DNA from: Salinigranum sp.
GTDB lineage: Archaea; Halobacteriota; Halobacteria; Halobacteriales; Haloferacaceae
Reading direction: 5' to 3'
DNA length: 23,738 nt
Assembly (NCBI GenBank): GCA_041641795.1
Contig: JBEPXT010000041.1
Coordinates: 1-23,738 of the forward strand
The notes below the pieces were generated by a model that was not told the DNA's origin, searched no databases, and saw only the letters and a list, made by a program, of their open reading frames with translations. The translations under genes and the position numbers were made by a program. Positions 1 through 8,114 of this stretch are shown here, in pieces. Numbering within the stretch: the first letter of the stretch is position 1; the number at the start of each line of letters is the position of its first letter.

Positions 1-497
1 ACCGACGCCGTCTCCCGGACGTTCTCCGGGAGGCCCAGCGCCGAGGCCATGCGGTCGATTTCGCCCAGCGCCTGCTTGAGGTTGCGCTCCTTGGAGTCGC
101 GGGTGCGGAACCGCTCGTTCCACTTCCGCAGGCGCTGCATCTTCTGGCGCTGGCGGGACCCGAGGGAGTTCCCGTAGGCGTCCTTGTTCCGCCAGTCGAT
201 GCTCGTCGACAGGCCCTTGTCGTGCATCGTGTTCGTCGTCGGCGCGCCGACGCGGGACTTCTGGTCTTTCTCCTTGGAGTCGAACGCGCGCCACTCCGGG
301 CCGCGGTCGACCGAGTCCTCGGTGACGACGAGGCCGCAGTCGGCGCAGACCGTCTCGCCGTGTTCCTCGTCGGTGACGACCTGGCCGCCACACTCGGGGC
401 ACCGGAGCCCCTCGCCCGACTGACTCTCGGACTCCTGTTCTCGCTGGTTTCGGCGCTGTACACTCTCTCGCGTGCTCGCGTAGGTTTTTTCGCTCAT
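1..497 (-). CDS. tfb: Transcription initiation factor IIB (TFB), N-terminal part; the gene continues beyond the window edge
   Basis: The reverse-strand translation from the ATG at 495-497 reads [38 protein letters not shown]...[25 protein letters not shown]...[11 protein letters not shown]. That is an N-terminal Zn-ribbon (CPxCG...CxxCG) followed by the B-reader/linker and the start of the cyclin repeat, typical of archaeal TFB. The frame is still open at position 1. Confidence 0.9.
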   Translation of the reverse strand, partial: MSEKTYASTRESVQRRNQREQESESQSGEGLRCPECGGQVVTDEEHGETVCADCGLVVTEDSVDRGPEWRAFDSKEKDQKSRVGAPTTNTMHDKGLSTSIDWRNKDAYGNSLGSRQRQKMQRLRKWNERFRTRDSKERNLKQALGEIDRMASALGLPENVRETAS

Positions 498-570
498 TGA
501 TACGACGGATGCTCCCGGGGCGACCCAACCACAGAATCCCGGGACGGGGTGTAGGCTACCGACGGAAGGG

Positions 571-580
571 TCCTATATAA
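571..580. promoter_or_regulatory. Strong TATA-like element (tcctatataa) in the tfb/ITPase divergent intergenic region; the strand it serves is uncertain
   Basis: CTATATAA is the most AT-rich consensus-like box in the 271-bp divergent region 498-768. It lies about 75 bp upstream of the tfb ATG, which would imply a 5' UTR for tfb. A palindromic AT-rich AAGAAT-caaaat-ATTCTT element lies at 641-658. Confidence 0.3.
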
Positions 581-768
581 CTCCATCGGAACAGAAATCT
601 CGACGGGAGAAACGGCGCCTCTGGCGGAGATTTGGCGACGAAGAATCAAAATATTCTTATACGATAATCGGTCGGGCGTCGCTGACGGCCGAAGCGGCTT
701 CGTTTCGGAAGCGGGGCCGGACGGAGAATTCGACACGTCGATAACCCACGGCTGCGGACTCTCGAAAC

Positions 769-1299
769 ATGCTCGGGGACGGGAGGACGATTCGCGTGGG
801 TGTCGGAAGCGGAAATCCGGTGAAGCGGCGCGCCGTCGCGTCCGTGCTGCCGGAGGCGGCGGTATCGGCGGTGCCGGTCGAGTCGGGCGTGAGCGAACAG
901 CCCCGCGGACACGCCGAGACAGTGGCCGGCGCGGAGAACCGGGCCAGGCGGGTTCTGGAGTCGGGGTCGTTCGACTACGGGGTCGGCATCGAGGGCGGCG
1001 TCGCGGAATACGAGGGGACGGACGGTCTCTACCTCGTGATGTGGGCGGCCGTCACCGACGGAGCGGTCGTCGGACACGGGACCGGTCCGAGTCTCGAGTT
1101 GCCCGCCGACATCGCCGCTCGAATCCGCGACGGCGAGGAACTGGGCCCCGTGATGGACGACGTGCTCGGCGTCGACGACGTCGCGAAGAAAGACGGCGCC
1201 GCCGGCGCGTTCACGCGGGGGCGCCTGCCGCGGGACGACGCCCTCGCGGCGGCGGTCACCGCGGCGCTCGCGCCGTTCGCTAGCGACCTGTACGACTGA
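769..1299 (+). CDS. Non-canonical purine NTP phosphatase (inosine/xanthosine triphosphatase), YjjX/DUF84 (NTPase_I-T) family
   Basis: The 176-aa product has IRVGVGSGNPVKRRAV at the N-terminus, then ...VESGVSEQPRGHAETVAGAENRA...WAAVTDG...ELGPVMDDVLGVDDVAKKDGAAGAFTRGRL...AL.PF. It aligns by eye along its whole length with E. coli YjjX. An in-frame stop at 742-744 leaves the ATG at 769 as the first possible start. Confidence 0.7.
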   Translation: MLGDGRTIRVGVGSGNPVKRRAVASVLPEAAVSAVPVESGVSEQPRGHAETVAGAENRARRVLESGSFDYGVGIEGGVAEYEGTDGLYLVMWAAVTDGAVVGHGTGPSLELPADIAARIRDGEELGPVMDDVLGVDDVAKKDGAAGAFTRGRLPRDDALAAAVTAALAPFASDLYD

Positions 1300-1311
1300 C
1301 GGCGCGGGTCC

Positions 1312-3153
1312 TCAGTCGTCCAGCACTTCGCCGGACTCTCTCGCGTCGGCGCTCTCTTCGACGGCGGTCGTCAGCGAGACGTTGAGCGAGAGCATCGAGA
1401 CGGCCCCGCCGAGGACGGTGACCAGGTTCTTCACCGCGTGGTCGAGCACCGCCGCGCCGAGGGCCACGGACGCGCTCAGTGGCGTCAGGCCGATGACCAG
1501 CAGGGTGAACGCGCCCTCGTAGAGACCGACGCCGCCGGGGGACAGCGGCAGGACCTTGGCCAGGTTGCCGACCGAGACGGCGAAGAAGCCGACGGCCAGC
1601 AGCGTCACGACCGGAAGTTCGACGCCGAAGGCGACCAGCACGAGCACGGCGGTCACCACGTCCAGCGACCAGATGAGCAGGCTGCTCGCCCCGATGCGGA
1701 CGATGCCCGCGCGGCTTCCGGCGACCCGCTGAATGTCGCCGACGAACCGCTCCAGTATCTGGGCCAGGTAGTCGGCGTAGCTGTCGGTGCTCACCCGCCG
1801 GACGGCCGCTCTGATGTAGTTGCTGTCCGAGCGCGCAGTCGCCACGATGCCGAGGACGGCGAGGACGGCCGCGGCGCCGACGCCGGTGGCGACGACGACT
1901 GCGACCCGTCCGGCGCCCTCGGCGCCGGTGACGGTTTCCACGAGCCTCGCCGTCTGTCCGGTCAGGGTGAACCCGATGAGCACCAGGCCCGCCAGCGACG
2001 TGATAGTCAGCAGGTCGAACACCCGCTCGACCGCGAGCGACGCGAATCCCGAGGGGTACGGGATTCCCCGGCGAGCCTTCACGACGTACGCCCTGACGGC
2101 GTCACCCGCCCTCGCGGGGAACACGAGGTTCCCGGTCTGACTGATGAACACCGCCCCCGTGAGGAAGCCGGTGCGTTCGTGGTACCCGAGGTCCGCGAGG
2201 ATGTCGCGGTACCGGAGGCCGCGAATCGGCCAGGAGACGAGATAGATGAACGCGGCCCCGCCCACGAGGGCCGGGTCGGCCTGGCTCATCTCCTCGAGCA
2301 CGGCGCCGAAGTCGATGTACTGCGTCATCAACAGGAGCGCCAGGACAGTGAACAGCGTTCCGGCGGTGAGCGTCACCCGGCGGTCGACCCGCGGCTGGAC
2401 CGAGAGTTGCCACCAGGTGCGACCGATCTGACTGCCCATCCCGAACACGTCGCGGACGAGGTCGACCTTGGTGTCGCCCTTCGGTTCCCAGTCGACGGGG
2501 AACTCCGCGACCCGGAAGCCGTGGCGCTGGGCGCGGACGAGCATCTCCGTGTCCCAGAACCAGTGGGCGTCCTCCACGTCGGCGCGGAGCGTGTCGAACG
2601 CCTCGCGGCTGAACGCCTTGAACCCGCACTGGTGGTCCTTGAGGTCGGACCCGAGCACCAGTCGGACGAGACTGTTGTACACTCTGGAGGGGACGCCGCG
2701 CTTGGCCGGGCGGTCTGCCTGCCGGCCTGGCATCCACCGCGACCCGGTTGCGATGTCGTACTCCCCGGACCGGACCCGCTCGACGAGTTCTTCGAGGTGC
2801 TGCATGTCCGTCGCCAGGTCCGTGTCGAAGTAGACGAGGGTGTCGCCGTTCGAGGCCGCGAACGCACGTTCGAGGGCGCCGCCGCGGCCGAGTCGCTCGT
2901 CGCTGTGGAAGTGGAACACCTCGGGGTGTTCCTCGGCCAGACGGTCCGCGATTTCCGGCGTCCGGTCGTCGCAGCCGTCCTCAGCGACGACGACCTCGAA
3001 CCGCCCCTCGGGGAGGAATTCGGAGAGGGTGTCGAGCGTCGTGGTGACCGTGTGCTCTATGGTCTGCTCCTCGTTGTACGCAGGGAGCACGACGCTGACG
3101 TCCACCCGGTGAGAATCGGTGGTAGATAGTTTACTTTCGATTCGCCGTTCCAT
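1312..3153 (-). CDS. Family-2 glycosyltransferase (DPM1-like domain) fused to a C-terminal multi-TM flippase-like (LPG-synthase-TM/UPF0104) domain; AglD-like N-glycosylation-type enzyme
   Basis: The 613-aa product has the GT2 signature at the N-terminus: VVLPAYNEE, AEDGCDD, FDTDLA (DXD), GSRW, QCGFKAF. The C-terminal half is hydrophobic throughout, with about 8 predicted TM segments. Codon usage is good and the product is acidic. The long antisense ORF at 1438-3129 is Arg/Gly-rich junk. Confidence 0.75.
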   Translation of the reverse strand: MERRIESKLSTTDSHRVDVSVVLPAYNEEQTIEHTVTTTLDTLSEFLPEGRFEVVVAEDGCDDRTPEIADRLAEEHPEVFHFHSDERLGRGGALERAFAASNGDTLVYFDTDLATDMQHLEELVERVRSGEYDIATGSRWMPGRQADRPAKRGVPSRVYNSLVRLVLGSDLKDHQCGFKAFSREAFDTLRADVEDAHWFWDTEMLVRAQRHGFRVAEFPVDWEPKGDTKVDLVRDVFGMGSQIGRTWWQLSVQPRVDRRVTLTAGTLFTVLALLLMTQYIDFGAVLEEMSQADPALVGGAAFIYLVSWPIRGLRYRDILADLGYHERTGFLTGAVFISQTGNLVFPARAGDAVRAYVVKARRGIPYPSGFASLAVERVFDLLTITSLAGLVLIGFTLTGQTARLVETVTGAEGAGRVAVVVATGVGAAAVLAVLGIVATARSDSNYIRAAVRRVSTDSYADYLAQILERFVGDIQRVAGSRAGIVRIGASSLLIWSLDVVTAVLVLVAFGVELPVVTLLAVGFFAVSVGNLAKVLPLSPGGVGLYEGAFTLLVIGLTPLSASVALGAAVLDHAVKNLVTVLGGAVSMLSLNVSLTTAVEESADARESGEVLDD

Positions 3154-3430
3154 TAGTAGAGTTGTCCCTCGTACTCGACTAAGAACTTTTTGACCCCGAC
3201 GGGCCGTACGTCGGGTCTACTGGCGGAATGCTCCGTCTTCGGAGACTGTCACACCGGGTTCGAAGTGCGTCTCGCGACAGTATCGCCAGCCGGTGTTAGC
3301 CGACCGTACCCACGAGGGGGGCCTGGGGTCGTGAAAACGCCTCCCACGCGGAGCTAATCGCCAGACTGGAAGCTGTTAACCGCTCGTACCAAACCCCTCA
3401 TTAGCGACAGGTCCCTCTAGTTGTCTGTCC

Positions 3431-3667
3431 ATGAGCGCCACCGCCGGGACGAACGACCTCACCGACAAACAGCAGCGCATCCTCCAGTACCTCCGCGAGA
3501 ACGCGCGGACGAAGACGTACTTCAAGTCGCGTCTCATCGGCGAGGAACTGGGGATGACCGCCAAGGAAGTCGGTGCGAACATGACGGCAATCCTCAACGG
3601 GAGCCACGACGTCACCGTGGAGAAGTGGGGATACTCCTCGGGGACGACCTGGAAAGTCTCCGTCTGA
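3431..3667 (+). CDS. Small (78 aa) conserved hypothetical protein, possibly HTH-like DNA-binding
   Basis: The ORF is clean with GC3-biased haloarchaeal codon usage. The segment LTDKQQRILQYLRENA...LIGEELGMTAKEVGANMTAIL resembles an HTH (helix, turn, recognition helix). It is divergent from the AglD-like gene. Confidence 0.5.
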   Translation: MSATAGTNDLTDKQQRILQYLRENARTKTYFKSRLIGEELGMTAKEVGANMTAILNGSHDVTVEKWGYSSGTTWKVSV

Positions 3668-3954
3668 CCGCGCAGGCAGACGAGAGGCCGGGCGCCGGAG
3701 GGGGGTCCGCGGAGCCACCTGAGTCCGCGAAGCGGTCGCCGTCGAGCCGCCGGAGAGCAGTCAGTCGCCGAACTGTCACAGAGCAGTAGGTCACCGGGAT
3801 TTCGTCGGGAAATCAGTCTCCGCGCAGCCGGTCGTCCGCTCGTCGCAGAGGGGTACGTCGCTGGGCGCCCCCGATACTCGGTTCGTCCTCGCCGCTCGCC
3901 GGGTCGTTCGAACGACAGTTCAGGCCCGCTTCGGGAACGTCGGTTCCGGTCGAT

Positions 3955-4569
3955 TCAGGGGTCGAACCGGATGTACGCGGCCGCGTCGGCGGCGAACGAC
4001 GCGGATTCGGGTCCGAAGGAGTCTGCGAACCGCAAGAGGAGCGTGATGACCGTCTCGGGGCGGTTGACCGCGTAGCCGTCCTCGCGCGAGAGGAGGCCGG
4101 CGCTGGCCAGTTCGCCGGCGTACTTGCTGACCGTCGCCCGGGAGACGTCGAGCGCGTCCGCAAGGTCCGTGCCCGTCGCCGACGGGTTCCTGAGCAGTTC
4201 GATGAGCATCCCCCGCGGCGTGTCCCGGCGGAGGTACCCCAGCGTCACCTGCTCGAACTCCGAGAACCGGCCGGCCGGGAAGAACCGCCGGTACTCCCCG
4301 TCGCGTCGGGACTCGAGGACGCCGTCTTCGATGAGTTTGCGGAGGTGGTGCTGGGTCTCGCCGGTGCCGAGTTTCAGGTCGTCGCGGACCTTCGAGAAGT
4401 GCGCACCGGGCGTCGACACCAGGTATCCGACGAGGGCGTCGCGGGCGTCGCTCTGCGAGTCCGCGGCGTCCTGCCCGCCCCCGAACCCGACGAGGGGCGT
4501 GGCCGCACCGAGCGCTGCGAACCGTCGCAGCGTCGCGCGCTTCTCCTCGTCGACCTCCCGGTTCCCCAT
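3955..4569 (-). CDS. Double winged-helix (ArsR/MarR-like) transcriptional regulator with an unusual RR-containing N-terminus
   Basis: The 204-aa product has two wHTH-like segments: LVGYLVSTPGAHFSKVRDDLKLGTGETQHHLRKLIEDGVLESRRDGEYRRFF and MLIELLRNPSATGTDLADALDVSRATVSKYAGELASAGLLSRED. The N-terminus reads EEKRATLRRFAALGAATPLVGFGGG. It is the last gene of the co-oriented minus-strand block. Confidence 0.7.
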   Translation of the reverse strand: MGNREVDEEKRATLRRFAALGAATPLVGFGGGQDAADSQSDARDALVGYLVSTPGAHFSKVRDDLKLGTGETQHHLRKLIEDGVLESRRDGEYRRFFPAGRFSEFEQVTLGYLRRDTPRGMLIELLRNPSATGTDLADALDVSRATVSKYAGELASAGLLSREDGYAVNRPETVITLLLRFADSFGPESASFAADAAAYIRFDP

Positions 4570-4592
4570 TACTACTGGTTACGCACTGCGTC

Positions 4593-4600
4593 GATTAAAA
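4593..4600 (-). promoter_or_regulatory. TATA-like box (TTTTAATC on the minus strand) 24-31 bp upstream of the regulator ATG; implies a leaderless transcript
   Basis: The plus-strand sequence gattaaaa at 4593-4600 reads TTTTAATC on the minus strand. The ATG is at 4567-4569. Confidence 0.3.
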
Positions 4601-4747
4601 GGTCTTCGAGGTGTACTGTGGGGGCACCTGACACAAACCGTTCTTCGAGACAGTCGGGCGTTCGACACAGTACGCGCGGCGGGAGGGTTCACGCGGCGAA
4701 CGCGGCTCACACGGCGAAAGCGACCCATCGACCGCCGAGAGACGAAC

Positions 4748-5977
4748 TCACTCCAGTTCTTTCTCGGCGTCCGACTCGTCGTCCTCGGTGCCTCCGTCGG
4801 TGGTCTCCGTCGAGGGAGTCGCCTCGTTCTCGTCGGACTCGGCGATGACCTCGTCGGGGTCTTTGATGGTATCCTGCTGGTCGGCCTCCGCGATGACCTC
4901 GTCGGGGCTCTTGATGTCCGTTCCGGCGCCTGCCTTGATGGCCTCGGCCTCCTGTTCGAGTTGCTCGACGTCCATCTCCGCGGCCTCGTCTATCTGGCCG
5001 AGAATCTTGTCGATGTCGTCCAGACCGAGGAGTTCGCGCGTCTCCTCGTCGAACTCGTTACTCTCGAGGCCGGCCATCTCCTGGACGTCGCTCTCGGAGA
5101 GCTGTCGGCCGTACCGGCCGAGCAGCGAGGTGAGTTCCTGCGGGAGGACGAACGTCGTCGACTCGCCCTGTCCGATGCGTTCGAGCGTCTCCATGCCCTT
5201 CTCGATGATGGCCCGCTCGCCCATCGATTCTGCGGACTTGGCCCGCAGGACCGTGGAAATCGCGTCACCCTGGGCTTCCAGAATCTGGGACTGCTTCTCA
5301 CCCTGCGCCCGGATGATGTTCGACTGCTTGTCCCCCTCTGCCTTCTCGACGGCGCTGCGCCGTTCACCCTGCGCCTCGAGAATCATCGCCCGGCGGCGAC
5401 GCTCGGCGGAGGTCTGCTGTTCCATCGCCTGCTGGACGTCGGCGCTCGGGTTGACCTCCCGCACCTCGACGGATTCGACCCGGACCCCCCACTCGTCGGT
5501 GGGTTCGTCCAGTTCCTTGCGGATGCGCGCGTTGATCTCCTGGCGCTTGTTCAGCGTGTCGTCCAGTTCCATGTCACCGAGCACCGCCCGGAGCGTCGTC
5601 TGGGCCAGGTTCGAGACGGCGCGCTTGTAGTCGTCGACTTCGAGGAACGCCTTCTTGGCGTCCATCACCTTGATGTAGACGACGGCGTCGGCCGTGACCG
5701 GCGAGTTGTCGCGGGTGATAGCCTCCTGCCGGGGGACGTCGAGCGTCTGCGTCCGCATGTCGAAGGCGTACGTCCGCGAGACGAACGGCGGGATGAAGCT
5801 GATACCCGGTTCGAGGAGTTTCCGGTACTCCCCGAACACCGTCAGCGCCTTCTTCTCGTAGGCGTCGACGATCTCCACCATCTGGTAGACGGTGACCACT
5901 GCGAGGAGGAGTACCAGCAACCCGACCAGGAGCGTGCCGAGACTGCCGATGCCTGCCTGGAGGAGGACGGGGTCCAT
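4748..5977 (-). CDS. SPFH/Band-7 (stomatin/prohibitin-like) membrane protein
   Basis: The 409-aa product has an N-terminal TM segment (LLVGLLVLLLAVVTVY). The SPFH core follows, from YEKKALTVFGEYRKLLEPGISFIPPFV through TRDNSPVTADAVVYIKVMD and DLAQTTLRAVLG to EWGVRVESVEVREVNP. A coiled-coil region (AERRRRAMILEAQGERRSAVEKAEG...) comes next, and the tail is long and acidic. The NfeD gene lies immediately upstream, which is the canonical pairing. Confidence 0.85.
   Translation of the reverse strand: MDPVLLQAGIGSLGTLLVGLLVLLLAVVTVYQMVEIVDAYEKKALTVFGEYRKLLEPGISFIPPFVSRTYAFDMRTQTLDVPRQEAITRDNSPVTADAVVYIKVMDAKKAFLEVDDYKRAVSNLAQTTLRAVLGDMELDDTLNKRQEINARIRKELDEPTDEWGVRVESVEVREVNPSADVQQAMEQQTSAERRRRAMILEAQGERRSAVEKAEGDKQSNIIRAQGEKQSQILEAQGDAISTVLRAKSAESMGERAIIEKGMETLERIGQGESTTFVLPQELTSLLGRYGRQLSESDVQEMAGLESNEFDEETRELLGLDDIDKILGQIDEAAEMDVEQLEQEAEAIKAGAGTDIKSPDEVIAEADQQDTIKDPDEVIAESDENEATPSTETTDGGTEDDESDAEKELE
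4842..4917 (-). repeat. In-frame 48-bp tandem duplication inside the acidic C-terminal tail of the SPFH gene
   Basis: The sequence gcgatgacctcgtcggggtctttgatgg (4842-4869) is repeated as gcgatgacctcgtcggggctcttgatgt (4890-4917). It encodes D[IT]K[SD]PDEVIAE[AS]D twice. Confidence 0.6.
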
Positions 5978-6069
5978 GGCGGGTCTTGGTGTGTCGGCAG
6001 GATAAGGCTTCTCCCGTAGTGCAGGAGGGCTGGACGCCGCTCCGGGGCGGTCCGGGCCGCTCGGAGCGT

Positions 6070-6666
6070 TCAGGCGCCTTCCGTCTCGGTTTCGGTCTCC
6101 CGCTCGCGTTCCCGGGAGCGACGCTCTCGTTCGCGGGCGAGTTCCCGGTCGATGTCGTCCTCGACCGCGCCGAGAGATTCGACGGTGACGACGTTGCCGC
6201 CGCCGGGGTCGACTATCATCACCTCGGTCCCGGGCGGGATTTCGCCGCTCACCGAACGGGCGGCGTAGTACGGGTTGAACCCGCCGCCGTCCGTCAGTTT
6301 GATTTCGCCGTCGGTGGGCGTCACGCGCTCGGTGACGCGGCCGGTCTTCCCCGTCAGCGCCGTCGAGTCGCTCGTCCTGGCGATTCCCTTCCCGCCGTAG
6401 AGGTCGAGTTCGCGGTAGCCGACCAGCGCCAGGACTCCGAACAGGAGGACCAGCGCCCCGAGGACGAACGGGGTGGCGAACGACCCGATGAGGAGGCCCA
6501 CGATGCCCGCGGTGAGCAGCGCCACGCCCAGGACGATGAAGTGGGCACCGGGGGCCAGCGCCTCTGCGACCGAGAGTCCGAGGCCCGCCATGACGAGCAA
6601 CAGCGGCAGCGTCTCGGGACCGAAGAGGTCTAGCTGGAGGGGAACGTGACCGAGAGGGCCGAGCAT
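6070..6666 (-). CDS. NfeD-family membrane protein (short form, TM N-terminus plus C-terminal OB-fold barrel), partner of the SPFH protein
   Basis: The 198-aa product has about three TM helices at the N-terminus, then GKTGRVTERVTPTDGEIKLTDGGGFNPYYAARSVSGEIPPGTEVMIVDPGGGNVVTVE, which matches the NfeD C-terminal beta-barrel. It lies 92 bp upstream of the SPFH gene on the same strand. A TATA-like ccttaatc (minus strand) sits about 25 bp upstream of the ATG. Confidence 0.8.
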   Translation of the reverse strand: MLGPLGHVPLQLDLFGPETLPLLLVMAGLGLSVAEALAPGAHFIVLGVALLTAGIVGLLIGSFATPFVLGALVLLFGVLALVGYRELDLYGGKGIARTSDSTALTGKTGRVTERVTPTDGEIKLTDGGGFNPYYAARSVSGEIPPGTEVMIVDPGGGNVVTVESLGAVEDDIDRELARERERRSRERERETETETEGA

Positions 6667-6744
6667 ACCCCGACTAGGGAACGGGAGCGATTAAGGATTT
6701 GCACGCAAGTCGGCACCGACGCCCGAGCGACTCCCGAGTCGCGG

Positions 6745-8040
6745 TCAGGACGACACCACCGAGACGGTCATCGACCCGTCGTGTTCGAAGGAGACGCCCT
6801 CCCGGGCGGCGTCGCTCCCGGGCCGGACGACGAGCGTCCCCGTCTCTGCGTCGGCCGGAACGGAGAACGCGACCCAGACGGTCCGCTGTCCGCCGGGCGC
6901 GAACAGGCCGCCGGCGAACCCGCCGTCGGTCCCGACGAGCGGCTGGACGGCGTAGCGCGCGCCGTCCGTTTCGAGAGCGAGCGCCGACGGTCCAAACGTC
7001 GAGGGGGCCGCGCCGCGATTCGTCACGTTCAGTTGCACGACCAGAAACGTCTCGTCGGCCGGCGGTTCGTACGTCGTGCCGTCCTGAAGCGACACCGAGT
7101 CCGCCCGGCGTGCGGTCCATCGCGCGTGGAGCGTGGCGTTCTCGGGCGGGGCCGTCGAGACTGCGGACACGCCGGCCCCGTCGGCCCCGCCGCCGGACAC
7201 CAGCGAGACCGATGCCCCGTTCCCGACGAGCGTGCCCGCCCCGAGAACGCCTGCGACGGCGACCAGCATCACCAGCAGGACCGTCCCGACCGACCGGCGA
7301 CTGAGGGTCGGTCGGAAGCGCGACGCCGAACCGCTGGAGTCGTCCGAATCCCCCTCGTCGCCGACGGCGGACAGCGAGAGCGGGTCGAGCGGGAATTCGT
7401 CGCCGCCGAACCCGGGGAGACGCGACGCCGCGGCGGCCACCCGGGACGGAACGGTCGGACGACCGACGTCGGGGAGATGCCCCAGCAGCGCCACTCCACC
7501 GGGGAGGTTCGACAGGGCGGTGTGGGCCGCAGTCCGGGCCGGCCCCAGGACCGCCGCCAGAGCGTCGTTTCCGCCCGTCGCCGTGCCTCCGTCCGTGTGC
7601 GCCGCGGTCGCCTCGGCGTTCGGCTCCGACTGCATCCCGCCACCTGCCTGACCGCCGTCCGCATCGGTGAACTGCGCCAGCACCTGCTCGAAGCCCCCCT
7701 CCCGAACGATCGTCTCGATGCGCGCCGGGTCGAGGAGGTGGACGCCCGTCTCGGCCGCCCGGTCGACCACCGACTGGTCGAGGCGCCCCTGCGTCGCCAG
7801 CACCGGCACGTCCACGCCCCGCTCCCGGGCGTGTCGCCGGAACCGGTCCAGCACGTCCTCCGTGACGACCCCGTCGACTCCGGGGCGGACGTACAGCAGT
7901 CCCCGGGCGCCGCCCGGGTGGCGCCCACGGACGACGTACTCGCCGCCGGACCGCTCGCGGACGGCGGTCTCCCAGCCGCGTTGCTGCCAGAGGGCTGCGA
8001 GAAAGCGGACGAACGCTCCCGGCTTCATCTCGGCTATCAC
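6745..8040 (-). CDS. Membrane protein with an N-terminal cytoplasmic restriction-endonuclease-like (Mrr_cat/PD-(D/E)xK-fold) domain, a Gly/Asp-rich linker, a single TM helix, and a C-terminal extracellular DUF4352-like (Ig-like) domain
   Basis: N-terminal residues 7-105 (FVRFLAALWQQRGWETAVRERSGGEYVVRGRH...LLYVRPG...VPVLATQGRLDQSVVDRAAETGVHLLD) have the Mrr-type nuclease fold pattern. The TM helix is VGTVLLVMLVAVAGVLGAGTLV. The C-terminal segment ETFLVVQLNVTNRGAAPSTFGPSALALETDGARYAVQP...GGQRTVWVAFSVPADAETGTLVV fits DUF4352. The start is probably the GTG at 8038-8040, preceded by an SD-like sequence; the alternative ATG is 12 nt downstream. The overlapping Arg-rich ORFs at 6674-8050 and 6646-8118 are rejected. 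Confidence 0.6.
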   Translation of the reverse strand: MIAEMKPGAFVRFLAALWQQRGWETAVRERSGGEYVVRGRHPGGARGLLYVRPGVDGVVTEDVLDRFRRHARERGVDVPVLATQGRLDQSVVDRAAETGVHLLDPARIETIVREGGFEQVLAQFTDADGGQAGGGMQSEPNAEATAAHTDGGTATGGNDALAAVLGPARTAAHTALSNLPGGVALLGHLPDVGRPTVPSRVAAAASRLPGFGGDEFPLDPLSLSAVGDEGDSDDSSGSASRFRPTLSRRSVGTVLLVMLVAVAGVLGAGTLVGNGASVSLVSGGGADGAGVSAVSTAPPENATLHARWTARRADSVSLQDGTTYEPPADETFLVVQLNVTNRGAAPSTFGPSALALETDGARYAVQPLVGTDGGFAGGLFAPGGQRTVWVAFSVPADAETGTLVVRPGSDAAREGVSFEHDGSMTVSVVSS

Positions 8041-8056
8041 GCCGGCTCACCTCCGG
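8041..8056 (-). promoter_or_regulatory. Shine-Dalgarno-like ribosome-binding site (GGAGGTGA on the minus strand) 6 nt upstream of the GTG start of the RE-like/DUF4352 gene
   Basis: The reverse complement of 8041-8056 is cGGAGGTGAgccggc, followed by GTG ATA GCC GAG ATG. The 74-bp gap to the upstream glycoprotein gene contains no T-tract terminator, which supports translational coupling or co-transcription. Confidence 0.4.
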
Positions 8057-8114
8057 CGAGCTGTGTCTCGGCGGGCGGGCGGACGCGGGGGATGTGGGGA
8101 GTGCAGTGCATGAG

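Noticed and set aside
498-768. Possible small ORF or ncRNA in the tfb/ITPase divergent region
   Set aside because: There is no ORF with sensible codon usage. Only a palindromic AT-rich element and the TATA box are seen, so the region is treated as promoter DNA.
1438-3129. 563-aa + strand ORF
   Set aside because: It is antisense to the GT2/flippase gene. The product is extremely Arg/Asp/Gly/His-rich low-complexity sequence with no TM helices or motifs. This is the typical spurious open frame of GC-rich DNA.
3250-3262. GGTTCGAAG (3256) and GGTTCGAAC (about 21027) T-loop-like motifs that might indicate a tRNA
   Set aside because: No acceptor, D or anticodon stems of tRNA geometry could be built around either motif. 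They are chance matches.
4124-6019. 631-aa + strand ORF
   Set aside because: It is antisense to the regulator and SPFH genes. The product is Arg/Leu/Gly-rich and basic. The SPFH frame on the opposite strand has clear family motifs.
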